From NCBI RefSeq assembly GCF_006345805.1, contig NC_043009.1:44640001-44704000 (forward strand): a stretch of DNA of 64,000 nt, in the 5' to 3' direction. The position numbers and the translations under genes are program-made. The notes under the pieces were generated by a model. It did not search any database and was not told the DNA's origin. It saw only the letters and a list, made by a program, of their open reading frames with translations. Shown in pieces: positions 36,969-49,929 of the stretch. Positions within the stretch are counted from its first letter, which is position 1. Each line of letters begins with the position of its first letter. Source of the stretch: Octopus sinensis. Lineage: Eukaryota.

Positions 36969-39227
36969 GTAAATGAATAAATAATAAATGCTACTACTAC
37001 CACTTGTTACTACTAATATTATTACTACTACTAATAAAAAAAGAAATAACACGACATTCGGTTTAATGTTTTATACTTATCAACGCCATTTAAAATTATA
37101 AAGCTTGTAGCTTTCGTTTGTTCTATCATTTTTTTGCCTTGTTAGCAAAAATTTTGTTGTTAGTGGGGCAGCTTACATATAAACATTTAGTAAAGCACTC
37201 TTTCAGAACATCCAAGATTTTATCATACTTCTCACGTTAGTTTCATCCCTTAGTTTACCCCTCGTCCACTTGTCTTTGTAATAAGCAGGGTGATAAATCT
37301 TTAGTTGTATATTAATTAGTAATTACTCATAACGAACAACGTAAGTTAAAACATGTTTAACCTAATTTCCTTCACTCGACACTTGGTGGACACGATCGCC
37401 CAGTCTGCTCGAAATAATAACAGCCAAATCTTGCTCACTGACACTTGGCTTTCGTAGTTTCTGTTTAGACATGCAAAAAAACAACAACAAAAAAACCCCG
37501 GGATGGTTACAGTTGGAGTCAGATTTGGTAACCTTTATTCAGGATGACTAGGGACTAATCTATAACGTGACAAAATTCACGTACTTGCTTCCAAACTGAA
37601 TTCCGTTTAAAAATTCTTTGAATCAATTCACAAAACGTAATATTAGTGAGAATTTCTAACTTAGTTTATAATTCAACATTTATCAATTCACAGTTTTTAT
37701 GAAATTTCAACATGTCTTATATAATATCCATATCTTCTATATAATATTCTCAGTTTTTATGTAATTTCTGCACGTGTTGTTATAATTGTTTTATAATAGT
37801 TCTGTTTGTTTTGTATAATTTCTTTTTGTGCTAAGTGATGAAAGCTTAAAGTATGGTAGAGGGACAGAAACATGTGTCTTACTGTAGAGGAGATACATGC
37901 TACCCTGTTTTGGGGGATGAGAAAGTGATGGTGAAGATGTGTCAGGGTGTACCCTCAAATTATGTGTCATTGTGTATAATATTATATGGCAAGGGTAAAG
38001 AATACGCACACCACTTGTTTTCGGCGTTTTGGGTGGTGTGCGTATTCTTGACCTCCGCCTCATTATACATATGTTATACAATTTTTACAAGTTTCATATA
38101 ATTCCAACACGTTTTATTTACATTCTAGTTACCACTTCCAGTGTGAAATGGTGGAACATTTGCCAAACAACAGAATACCTCGATGCTATAAGTTATATTT
38201 GTCTTTAGTTTAATGTCCCATGGCAATAATGACTTTCAGTGGAATTTCAATAATTTTTCAGCTTCAGTTATTTTTATTTTCACCTTTTCAAAACTTGCTG
38301 GTGTGTACGAATGAATGTGTAACAAGTAGCTTTATTGTTGAAAATGTACAGGTTTGTCAAATATATGTATTTCATCGTGATGATGTATTTTAGTTTTTCT
38401 CCACACATACACAAGGGATAATATATATATATAAATATGTTTTTAATATTTCACTTAGGCGTTGCGATACTAATAATCTGGTGCAGAACCCAATATATGT
38501 ATGCTGCTGAACGAAGCATTAGATGGGTACAGAGCGGTAATAAGAGAACTCAGAATGTAGCGACGGAGGAAATAGCGCTATGCATTTCGTCCAGCGCGCT
38601 AACGATTCTGTCAGCTCGCCTAAAATAATAATCCTTTCTAATATAGGCACACGGTCTGGATTTTGTGGGGAGGAGGAAATGCGATCGCATCGACGCCAAT
38701 ACTCACCTCGTACTTAATTTATCGACCCGGAAAGGATTAAAGCTAAAGTCGACCTCGACAGAATTTGAACTCAGAACGTAGCGACGGGCGAAATACCTAT
38801 TTCTTTATTGGCCACAAGGGGCTAAACACAGAGAGGACAAACAAGGACAGACAAACGGATTAAGTCGATTATATCGACTCCAGTGCGTAACTGGTACTTA
38901 TTTAATTGACCCCAAAAGGATGAAAGGCAAAGTCGACCTCGGCGGAATTTGAACTTAGAACGTAGCGGCAGACGAAATACCTATTTCTTTACTAACCACA
39001 AGGGGCTAAACACAGAAGGGACAAACAAGGACAGACAAACGGATTAAGTCGATTATATCGACCCCAGTGTGTAACTGGTACTTATTTAATCAACCCCGAA
39101 AGGATGAATGGCAAAGTCGACCTCGGCGGAATTTGAACTCAGAACGTAGCGGCAGACGAAATACCGCTAAGCATTTCTCCCGGCGTGCTAACGATTCTGC
39201 CAGCTCGCCTAAAATAATAATAATAAG

Positions 39228-39540
39228 AGCACTCAGAGAGCGCAAACCTCAGCCAAGGCAACACCAACGTCCTCTCAACGATTAGCCGGAGATGATTTTT
39301 AAAATGAGAATATCTGAAATAAACTCGACTGCTCTCATAAACGGGAATACTAAAAATGAACCCGACTGTTCTCAAAAACCCTAACCCGGTACCGCATCGA
39401 TCCCAAAATCTAATCAGTTCGTGCCAGTCACGAGGCCAAACATCTCTGAAAGTTTCATCCAATCCATCCAACTGTTCAGATATCTTGTGCACGGACCAAC
39501 AAACAAACAAACGCGACTGAAAACAATACCTCCGCCTTAA
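39228..39540 (+). mobile_element. Probable Helentron/HINE-like non-autonomous element
   Basis: Related terminal motifs AACCTCAGCC and TACCTCCGCC, internal (CAAA)n, AAAGTTTCATCCAATCC motif, inserted in (AAT)n. Classification is by recalled resemblance. Confidence 0.45.
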
Positions 39541-42500
39541 TAATAATAATAATCATTTAACGTCCGTTTTCCATGCTGGGATGGGTTGGACTGTTTGGCA
39601 GAAGACTGCATCAAGCTTTACTGTCTGTTTTGGTGTGGTTTTTACGACTGAATGCCCTTCTTAACTCCACCATCCCATAAAGGCTAAAGGATATTGAAAT
39701 TGAGACATATTGTTGGTCTGCAGAAAAGTGCAATCCTGTCTGCTGCAAAAATCCCAAGAAAGATTCTTGAGACTTAAGGATTTTGTCTCAAGACATCATC
39801 GCTGCTGATATAGCATGTAATAGCTTTATAATGGTTTCAAATTTTGGCACAGGGCCAGCAGTTTTTGATTGGAAGTCCATTACACCGACCCTAGTTCTTG
39901 ACTGATACTTATTTTACCGTTCCTGAAAGAAAGAAAAGCAAAGTCGACCTCAGCAGAATTTGAACTCAGATCATAAAGATGAACGAAATGCTAAGTATTT
40001 TGTTTGGCGTGCTAACAATGCTGCCAATTCGCCGCCTTCAATAGCTTCACAATAATAACGAACTTATTGTATACAGGTTCAGGTGTACAACTCTTCAGAA
40101 AAAAGTGTAAAATCGAAGATAGAAAGCGGCAATAAATAAAGTAAACTAATGATAATGATGAAATTCAAAAGTTCATGCTTGGTATATAGAAAAGTAACTA
40201 GTAAAAGAGACGTTTTCTTTTAACTTTAACTATATCTATGATCTCACTTTTAGCTTCTCTCTATATATTGGCCATTGCAAACTCCTGTTAGAGTTTATTG
40301 CCACTTCTACAATATGTCTCGTCTACATACAAACTGGTTGCTTGAACACTAACGCGTTCTCTCCGTTTTGGAGGACATTGCATTTTCTCCCCCCCCCCCC
40401 CATTGTTAAAAAGAGAGCGAAGTGTTCCACCTGAAACCTTCTCCGTAACTAATTTAGCTATGCTACAGCCCACGCTCCAATAATTACTGTTTTCACTCCA
40501 GTCTTCGTTCCCATTTCAAACTAAATTCACTCATTCAATCAATATATTCGACGTCTCGGTTGAGGCCGTAATTAACAGTTACGTCCCTTTAGTCTTTACT
40601 CCATCAGTTTCTTTATTAACGCAATCTTTGTTCTGTTGATGATAATTTTGTGAGAACAGTTTAACACGTTTTGCTATTGTCATTTAGCCCTAGGTTGCTC
40701 TGATCTATCAGAATCATGAGTAAAAGTGTTCCAGCCGTGACCATCCTGTCATTGTCCAGGCACATTGCATACAAGTCGCTATTATCCAATGTGGCTTTTC
40801 TAAGGACCAAAGTGTCATTTGAGAAAGATTTAGCTACTATTTCTAGCAACTTCATCGACTACACAGATTCCAATAACTGATATTATTTTCATTTTTCATG
40901 CTGATTTTGTTCAAAGTTACTGTTGTTCATCTGGTGGAGCAGAGATGACCATTTCATCTTTTTGTCCAACTTTAGACAGTAGGCTGTAATGTGAAGGTGA
41001 TTTGTCTGCTACATCTAGCATATCAAACGACAGGGTTGCAGTGTCCTAGTTAGCTCGTTAATAGTAACTAATATGAAATAATTAACCTACTATAAAAAGA
41101 TATAGTGTAGTACTTATAAGAACCAGCCTGCTGTAAATATTAGGAATTGTGGGGGTACTCTTGATTCTTGCTGTTATTTCAAGAGCTACAACAAAAATAA
41201 TATTTTAATTTGATGATCAGTCATTTCTAACATGCGCAGGTGTGGCTGTGTAGTAAGAAGCTTGCTTCCCAATCATGGTCCTGGGTTCAGTTCCACTGCG
41301 TGGTACCTCGGCCAAGTATCTTCTTCTATGGCCTTGGGCCAACCAAAGCCTTGTGAGTGGATTTGGTAGATGGAAACTGAAACAAGCCCATTGTGTATGT
41401 ATGTATATATATGTGTGTGTGTGTTTGTGTCTGTTTGCACCCCCTCCCATCACTGCTTGACAACTAGTATTGGTGTGTTTATGCCCCCATGACTTAGCAG
41501 TTCAGCAATAGAGACCAATAGGATAAGAACTAGGCTTTCAAAAAAAAAAAAAAAAGTACTGGGGTCGAGTTGTTTGGCTAAAATCCTTCAAGGTGGTGCT
41601 CCAGCATGGTTGCACTCAAATGACTGAAACAAGTAAAAGAATAAGACTGCAATAATGGTTTCTTGACAACCTCAGAATGCTGAACCTTTCAGATGGGATG
41701 ACAAAGGCCCAAAATACATTGCGCCTTGCTGTACTCAAGAAGACCTGCCCTCCACAGCAAAAGTGTTAAGGTTGCAACCCCTGGTGAAGAGGATTGGGCT
41801 ACAAGCATCCACTGTACTTACATTTTAAAACCTGGTACTTATATCAGTCTCTTTTGCCAAACCGCTATATTACAGGGACATAAACACACCAGCACTGGTT
41901 GTCAAGCGGTGGTGGCACACATACACATAGATATATACAATGGGCTTCTTTCAGTTTCCATCTGCCAAATCCACTCACAAGGTTTTGGTTGGGCTGAGGC
42001 TTTAGTAGAAGATACTTGCCCAAAGTGTCACACAGTGGGATTGTGCCCGGAACCATGTGGTTGGGAAGCTAGCTTCTTACCTCACAGTCACACCATACTC
42101 CAGTTTTTTAAAGAAAAATCTATCAAAAACAAAACAAAAAATACCTACAAATCCAACAATTTTAAGTAAGGTACCGTATTTGATGTCATAAAAGACACAC
42201 TGGCATATTAGACATATTCCAATTTCAGTAGTGCATATTCAGATAAAAATATCTTTACTGCATTAAAGCATGTAATACAAGACCAACTTTGCATAGAGGA
42301 TCTGGGGGGGTTTGTTGTTTAGGTATTTTCTGGAAAATAAAGTGCATCTTATATGCTATCATATTGTATGTCAAATGGTTGAAAGAAACTATTTTTGAAA
42401 ACTGGTCGTGTGATAATGGGTACAAACGTTGACATGCAAGAAATAACAGCTTATTCTACCTCAAATCATGACCATCGTCTTAAAGAAAGAAAAAACACTT

Positions 42501-42554
42501 TAGATAAAGTATTCATAGATACGCAAAAAGAAGTGATTGCTAAGTCTGCATATG

Positions 42555-42990
42555 GATGAGGAGAGCTGCATAAAAAAAGTGACAGTCCCTAACATAGGAA
42601 GGAATCTGTGGAAGGGGTAGACCCAAGAAGACATGGGGAAAGGTGTGAAATGTAATCTTTGGATGTTGAGTATCATGGGGGTGATGACATGTGACCAGGC
42701 ATCTGGTGAATTGCTGTGTTTAAGAAGACGTGTCAAGCTAAGTGAAATTGTGGTCACAGCCTAGTGCTGGTGACATGAATGGCCCCTGTACCAGTGACAG
42801 ATAATAGGCACCCATGCCAGTGACTTGTCAAAGGCATCCAGAACACACTGTGGAGCAATTGGCATTAGGAAGGGCATCCAGCTGTAGAAACCAAACCAAA
42901 ACAGACAGCAGTCTGGTGCAGCTCTTTAGCTTACCATCTCAATCAAACCATCTAACCCATACCAGCATGGAAAATGGACGTTAAATAATG
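42555..42990 (+). mobile_element. RTE LINE 3' fragment plus UTR
   Basis: Similar to 26640-27060 (ATGGATGAGGAGAGCTGCATAAA...GCTGTGTTTAAGAAGAC...GGGCATCCAGCTGTAGAAA). Confidence 0.7.
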
Positions 42991-44539
42991 AGGGAAAGCC
43001 TTTGACCATAAGTTTGTACAAGTAGGAGTGAACAACAAACTATTGTATAATTAGGTCATTTAAAGCAGGCCACTTAAAACAATGATCTTTACCAACTGAC
43101 AGGACATGAGTCAACCTATTTTAATGTAATTAGGTGTCAGGTGACTGTTATGAGTATTTTAGAGGGAGGAAGGGAGACCTGGGGGAATATATGAACCATT
43201 GCTCCAATAGACCTTGGCACCATGTCAACTCAGAAGACAGCTGTGATTGTTGACTACATTGTAGCTGTACCTTTGTTTGGGTTGTGATCTGTCATTTACT
43301 CCAAGAATTGGATTAGTATTACAACAGACTGAGCTGATGAGAAAAGCTTCTTTGAGGTTGTCTGACATGCTAGAAATAGCAACTACATCTTTATCACTGT
43401 CTTAAAAAAATGAAAGGACACTTCATAATGTAGTCTTAGAAGTAGACTACATAATGTAGCCAGAAGTGAATGACCAAATGTTCATGGTTGGAACACCTTT
43501 GATTGTAGGTGACAACTTGCTCAGGTTAAATGATATTTCTACATGGCTGCCATTGCTGGAGCAGATTAGTTTTTTGCCAGGTTAGATTTTTTCTCCATCA
43601 TTTGAAACCATTTATCTCCAATCCCATCTGTTCTCAAACTGACAAATATGTCTACACCACCAATATTACTAAAGCTATTTGCACCCACTCTTTTGTTAAC
43701 AGGAAAAACAAAATAGTTTGCATCTATATATAATTCTTCTTATTTTATTACAGTGTTGGGAACAAGTTTAAAACCCTCTCAATTTCATTAAACTTAACAG
43801 TTTGTTTGTCCCTTTTTTTCAGTACTCACAACCCCCTTCTGCGAGAAACACTGACTACTTCTTCCCTCATTCAGTTATGCAGTTCTTAGCACTGTGAGAC
43901 AAATGTTTCTATGTAAATCATTTTTCACTCTTGACAGCACCTGTTTAGTTGGCCTGTGGGTTTTTGTTTCTTAGCATTAATTTTTTTTTACTTATGATGA
44001 TTTCTATTAACTTTTTTGCCACAGTAATGAGAGATATCAATTCAAAGTTTATTTACCCTTAACTGTGGAAAACAGTTTTATATATCAGTTTATCTTTTGT
44101 TGAGGAATCTCACGTCTGAAACTACTTTTTTGTTGAGATATGTTCAGTTTATTGAGGCAAGATGACCTAGAGAAAGTACCAGTTCTATTTTCTGTAGCAT
44201 CATTATTCAATTTAATATTGTAGTTAAAGGGTTATCAGATAAAATCACAACATACGACAAAAAGTATGTCTTCAAAAATCTCCCCACCCAATATACTGCT
44301 GACTTATTAGCTTAGCATATAAGTTTAGCTTCCTAAGACTAGGGTTGGCTTTATTGGAGTCATTTCTCATTGCTATCTTTGGCAGAGAAAAGAGAAGTTG
44401 TGATGTTCAAAAACTTTAAAATGTCAATGAATTGAAGAATGATTGGGAATTGAAAAATCCATTGTTGGCATGGTTCACCAACTATTTACATCTCTTTGAT
44501 TCACGTACACAATGAATTTTTATTTTTTATTTTTTAAAA

Positions 44540-45150
44540 TTTTATCTAGTTTCAGCTCACGAGCTGTGGCCATGCTGGGGCACCGCCATTCGGTGTTGCT
44601 ACATGATTTTACTTCACGAATGCTTTTTAGCAATTGACATTTGGTGTATGAGAGAGTTTGATGTAGCTGCCCTCATCTGCACCTCCTGCCGTGAAGTTGG
44701 TTCATCTGGGACACCTGACAGGAAGAGATCCAGTTTTATTTTAAAGACATCTGCATCTACCCCATACAGGTCTCTCAGGTCCTTCGGGAGGATATTGAAG
44801 AGCTGTGGACCTCTGAAGCCCAGGCTATCACAGTATCTTGTCCTACATCTTGATGGCAAATTTGGAGTCCTTGGCACTATGCAGTGGCGCCCAGTTCTAG
44901 TATTTGTGTAACTCTTGATGCCAAAGTTTGGGACAAGTCCTTCCAGGATCTTCCAGATGTATATTATGGCATATCTTTCCCGCCTACGCTCTAAGGAATA
45001 GAGTCTTAATCTCTTGAGTCTTTCCCAATAGCTTATATGCTGCACAGGGGCTATCTTCTTCGTGTAGCTTCATTGGATCGCCTCAAGTTCTGTGATTAAT
45101 TTGACACTGGTTGGTGACCATAGCTGAGAGCAATAGTCAAATGTTGAACA
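44540..45150 (-). mobile_element. CR1/Jockey-group LINE 3' fragment
   Basis: DYCSQLWSP...LEAIQ*...YWERLKRLRLYSLERRRERY...FRGPQLFNILP...KLDLFLSGVPDEP, then a 3' tail with a CAGCT-CGTG-AGCTG hairpin. Confidence 0.85.
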
Positions 45151-46671
45151 TTTTCAAAGTTGCTTTGTCATTCTCATAAACTGGGAATTTATGTCACATT
45201 TTACCTTTTACTAACTATATTTCTATTGAAATACACTGCCTTTATCTTATTAATTTGAAAATAACAAAGAGTTTATTAATATGGTGTTTATAATGGTAGT
45301 TATTTTGGTGTTTAAGGTGATGAGCTGGTAGAATTGTGAGTTGAGCAAAATGCTTAATGGCATTTTCAATTCAAATTCTGCCATTTATCCTTTTGGAATC
45401 AACAACATAAGTGCCAGTTGAACAGTGGGCCAGTGTAATCAAGTTACCCCCCACCCCTTAAAATTACTGGCTTTGTGCCAAAATTTGAAACCAATGTTAA
45501 TCTGGTGTTTGGATTATAAATTAAGTTGAAATTTTTACGGAAAGTTTTAATTTAGATAATTTTGAAATAGAAAATTTATATCAGAACCAGGGGCAATCTC
45601 AGGTTGGTATCAAAAAGGGCTGAATACGACTAAGGAAACTTTCAACACATATCATGTATTAAATCATCTCATTTAATATTCAATTTATTATAGACATATT
45701 CGTTTCTACTTTTGTTATTTGAATTATTATTCTTTTGCTTGTTTCAGTGATTTGACTGCGGCCATGCTGGAACACCAACTTAAGAAGTTTTAGTCGAACA
45801 AATCGACCCCAGGACATTCTTTGTAAGCCTAGTACTTATTCTATCGAACTCTTGTTGAACAGCTAAGTTACATGGATGTAAACACACCAACATCGGTTGT
45901 CAAGTGATGGTGTGGGGACAAACACAGACATATATACACACACACACACACATATATATATATGGTACATAAAAAGCACCAACTGATCGTGACCGCTGCC
46001 AGCCTCCCTTGGCACCTGTGCTGGTGGCATGTAAAAAGCACTCGCTTCACTCACGGAGTGGTTGGTGTTAGGAAGGGCATCCAGCTGTAGAAACACTACC
46101 AGATCAGATTTGACCCTGGTGCAGCCTCCTGGCTTCCCAGACCCCGGTCGAACTGTCCAACCCATGCTAGCACAGAAAATAAACGTTAAACAATGATGAT
46201 TATATATATATATATATATATTAATAGTTAGGGAATGTAATAATTCCAAGTTTACAAGGGAAAAATTTTCAATTTAGCACACTAAATCAAAATTCACAAT
46301 ATATTATATATATATATGACAAGCCCCTTTCAGTTTCCATCTACCGAATCCACTCACAAGGCTTTGATCAGTCCGTGGCTATAGAAGACACTTGCCCAAG
46401 GTGACATGTAGTGGTAGCGAACCTGGAACCATGTGGTTGGGAAGCAAGCTTCTTACCACACAGCCACACCTGCACCTACTTTATGTTATATTATTATGTT
46501 ATGTATTCATTTATATCTTGTGTTTGTGTTATTGGTTAGAAGCTTCCCATAAGCCTAGCTTTGGCTCATTCTTTGTATTGCTTTAATTTTTCTCTTCTGT
46601 TCTAGACTCAACTGAATGTAATTAATGAGACACAACAGCAGATCTTGAGAGGTGCCATTGGTCAGTTTCAA

Positions 46672-46725
46672 ATGGCAGCAGCCAATCAGAGCCTCCGGCC
46701 CAAAGTTGTGGCCTTATATAAAACA
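46672..46725 (+). CDS. ETFRF1: ETF regulatory factor 1 (LYRM5), coding exon 1 (MAAANQSLRPKVVALYKT)
   Basis: Matches recalled human MKMANSLRGEVLKLYKN; LYK version of the LYR motif; phase-0 donor ACA|GTATGT; upstream acceptor TTCTGTTCTAG ending at 46605. Confidence 0.9.
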
Positions 46726-46979
46726 GTATGTAAATTGATCTCAGTTACCCCATTATTGTGTGTGCATGTGTGTTTCAGGAAGTTAAAAGTTATGGCTGGT
46801 CATAGAGTGACCATTAGTTTCGCATCTACAAAGCACTTGGCAGTATAGGCGACTCATCGCTTTATAGGAGTGAAACCAGTGGTCACTACGATTGGCCATA
46901 ACAATTAACTTCCTAAATAATATATTACTGCTCTAATGCTTTAGAGTATGCTTCTTTTTCAGATATATGAACTACTGAC

Positions 46980-47009
<30 letters not shown>

Positions 47010-47010
<1 letters not shown>

Positions 47011-47995
47011 ATCATCATTTAGTGTCTGTTTTCCTTGCTGGAAAAGCTGGTAAGCCAGGGAGCTGTACCAGGCTCCAATCTGATTTTGGCTTGGTTCCAA
47101 CAGTTGGATGCTCTTCCTAATGCCAACCACTGTAAGAGTGTAGTGGGTGCCTCTTATGTGTCACTGGCACTGTCCATGATTACAATTTCACTTGGCTCAA
47201 TGAGTCTTCTCAAGCACAGCAAATTGCCAAAGGTCTTGATCATTTGTCATCACCTCTGTGAGACCCAACATCTGAAGATCATGCTTCATCACCTTGTCAC
47301 ATGTCATCTTGGGTCTACCTCTTCCACGGGTTCCCTCCACAGAGATCCGCAATTCTTTATGCAGCTGCCCTCATCCATACACATCATATGACTATACCAG
47401 TGCAGTCTTCTCTCTTGCACACCACAGCTGATGCCTCTTATGCCCAATTTTTCTCTCAAGATGCTTACTCTCTCATACATGCACACTGACATTGCACATC
47501 CAGCGACACATACTAGCTTTATTTCTTTCAAGCCTTCATATGTCCTCGCCTGTCACAGCCCATGTTTCACTGCTATGTAGCATGGCTGTTTGCACACAAG
47601 CATCATACTATCTACCTTTCACTCTGAAGGAGAAGCCCTTTGTTACCAAAGGTAGAAGCTCTCTGAACTTTGCCCAGCCTGTTCTTATCCAAGCAACTAA
47701 ACTTTGAGCATCCACCACCACTACTAACTTGGTCACCCAGATAATGGAAGCTATCAACTACTAAGTATTCCCCCTGGCATTTGATGAAGTCTATTTTCGT
47801 TACATTTCTAGTGTTTATTGTACCTATACATCTGCCACACACAAAAACTGCTTTCTCTGTTAACCTTCCTCTGATATTGCTGTACCTCTTATGTGTCCAT
47901 AGCTGGCACCGGCTGCACCTTATCAAATTTCTACCGCTGCCTTTTCTACATATTGAGTAGGGCCATCTCCTTGAAGGGGTCTATGATTTGTCTGT
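47010..47995 (-). mobile_element. RTE-clade LINE 3' fragment with 3' UTR and (GAT)n-like end
   Basis: Decayed frames: CSRCQLWTHKR, FHYLGDQVSSGGGC, LREKLGIRGISCGVQERRLHWYSHMMCMDEG; runs directly into the GGGCATCCA...GCATGGAAAA...GATGAT UTR family. Confidence 0.8.
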
Positions 47996-48030
47996 TTTCC
48001 TACTTACTAAGACCTTGGTCTTTGCTATAG

Positions 48031-48073
<43 letters not shown>

Positions 48074-48457
48074 GTATACTCATGAGAGATATTAATGTTA
48101 GTGGCTGCCCAGCTAAATCCGAATAGGCAAGAACGATGATGATGATGACATATATAAAAGAAATATATATAAAAGAACTTTATATAATAAGGATGCTTTT
48201 TAAACACCAGCTTTGCTAAAAATAGGAGTCAAAATCTCTGAAGCCGCAAAAAATTAAGATTATATATTCACAGGTATGGTTGGAAAAAAAATTAAGTGAA
48301 ATAAGGATTGCGTCTTACCTCTGCAACATTGCAAGAAGGAATGTCAGTTAACATGGTATCATGATTTCAAATTTAGCGCCAAAAATATGCTTTATTCTCC
48401 TTAGTTAAGTCTACTAATAGCAAATTCACATATCACTTTGTATCACTGTCCTTTTAT

Positions 48458-48935
48458 CATCATCATCATCATCGTTTAACGTCTGTTCTCCATGCTAGCA
48501 TGGGTTGGACGGTTCGACCGGGGATCTGGGAAGCCAGAAGGCTGCACCAGGCTCCAGTCTGATCTGGCAGTGTTTCTATAGCTAGATGCCCTTCCTAACG
48601 CCAACCACTCCGTGAGTGTAGTGGGTGCTTTTTACGTGCCACCTGCACAGGTGCCAGGCGAGGCTGGCAACGGCCACGATCAGATTGGTGCATTTTACGT
48701 GCCACCGGCACGGAAGCCAGTCAAGGCAGTGCTGGCATCGGCCACGATTTGGATAGTGCTTTTTACGTGCCACCGGCATGGAAGCCAGTCTAGGTGGCGC
48801 TGGCATCTGCCACGTTCAGATGGTGCTTTTTACGTGCCACAAGCACAGGGATCACAACTGCAGTTTCCATTGATTTTGATGTTGGTGTACTTGACTCAAT
48901 GGATCTCCTCAAGCACAGGGTCGAAATGGTGTTTC
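48458..48935 (-). mobile_element. RTE 3' UTR copy with about 4 tandem internal subrepeats
   Basis: (ATC)n tail at 48458; the unit core TGC(T/A)TTTTACGTGCCAC recurs near 48625, 48688, 48757 and 48822. Shorter copies of this UTR lie near 500-640, 3480-3690, 9310-9660, 11090-11340, 39545-39680, 45960-46200 and 53890-54080. Confidence 0.75.
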
Positions 48936-49275
48936 TTCACTTGCCACCTGCACAGGAGTCAGTCCAGCAGTCCTGGCAACTGCCGGGTGCCAGGACCGCT
49001 GGACTGACTCCTGTGCAGGTAGCAAGTGTTAAAAAAATTGTATCCACTTAGTTGTTTTCTCGGTGTGGCTTGGGCACTGAAACAAACACAGGCATTGGTT
49101 GAAGCGATGTGTGAGTTTGCTATTAGTAGACTTGATTGAGGAGAATCAAGCATATTTTTGGCGCTAAATTCGAAATCATGGTATCAAGTTAACTGATATT
49201 CCTTCATATAAATATATACATACTAATGAAAGATATAAATGTTAGTGGCTGCAAGCTAAAACTGTATTGGGAAAA

Positions 49276-49314
<39 letters not shown>

Positions 49315-49929
49315 ATTAAGAATTATTTCCTAATATAATAACAAGCATTGTATTTTTATATATTTGTGTGTGTGTATATATATATGTCCAAAATCATGCA
49401 GTTGGTGGGAGTAAGAGAAAGAATATAAGTGAAGAGAGAAGAAAGAAAATAGTAATTCAGTGAAGGAGAAGTAGTGAGAGTAATAGCCAAGACTGAGAAG
49501 GAGTGAGAGAAAGTAATAGCAATGAGAGAGAGAGGAAGTGGCAAAGAGAGTGTCGCCTGCAAAGGCTTCTTGTTTCACAGGTGAAATGTTTTGTTTACAT
49601 TTTACGAAGATCATTTTCTCTAATATTTCGGTTCCAGTGTGTGTGTGTATATTTACAGTATATAGTGTTTTGTTATCAGTTCACTGATCATTTTAGTTAT
49701 CAGTAATCCTATAACCTATATACAGTATATGGTGTTTGTACGCAGAGGTAAAGAATACGCACACCATCTATTTTTGGTGTAATCCTAACCCTAAACACCA
49801 GGTGTGTGTATTCTTTACCTTTGCTGTGTTTGTTATCAGTTCACCGATATTTTTAGTCATCCGTACTCTCATAACTTATTTATCGTATATAGTGTTTGTT
49901 ATCCATTCACTGATATTCTTTCTTCTGCT

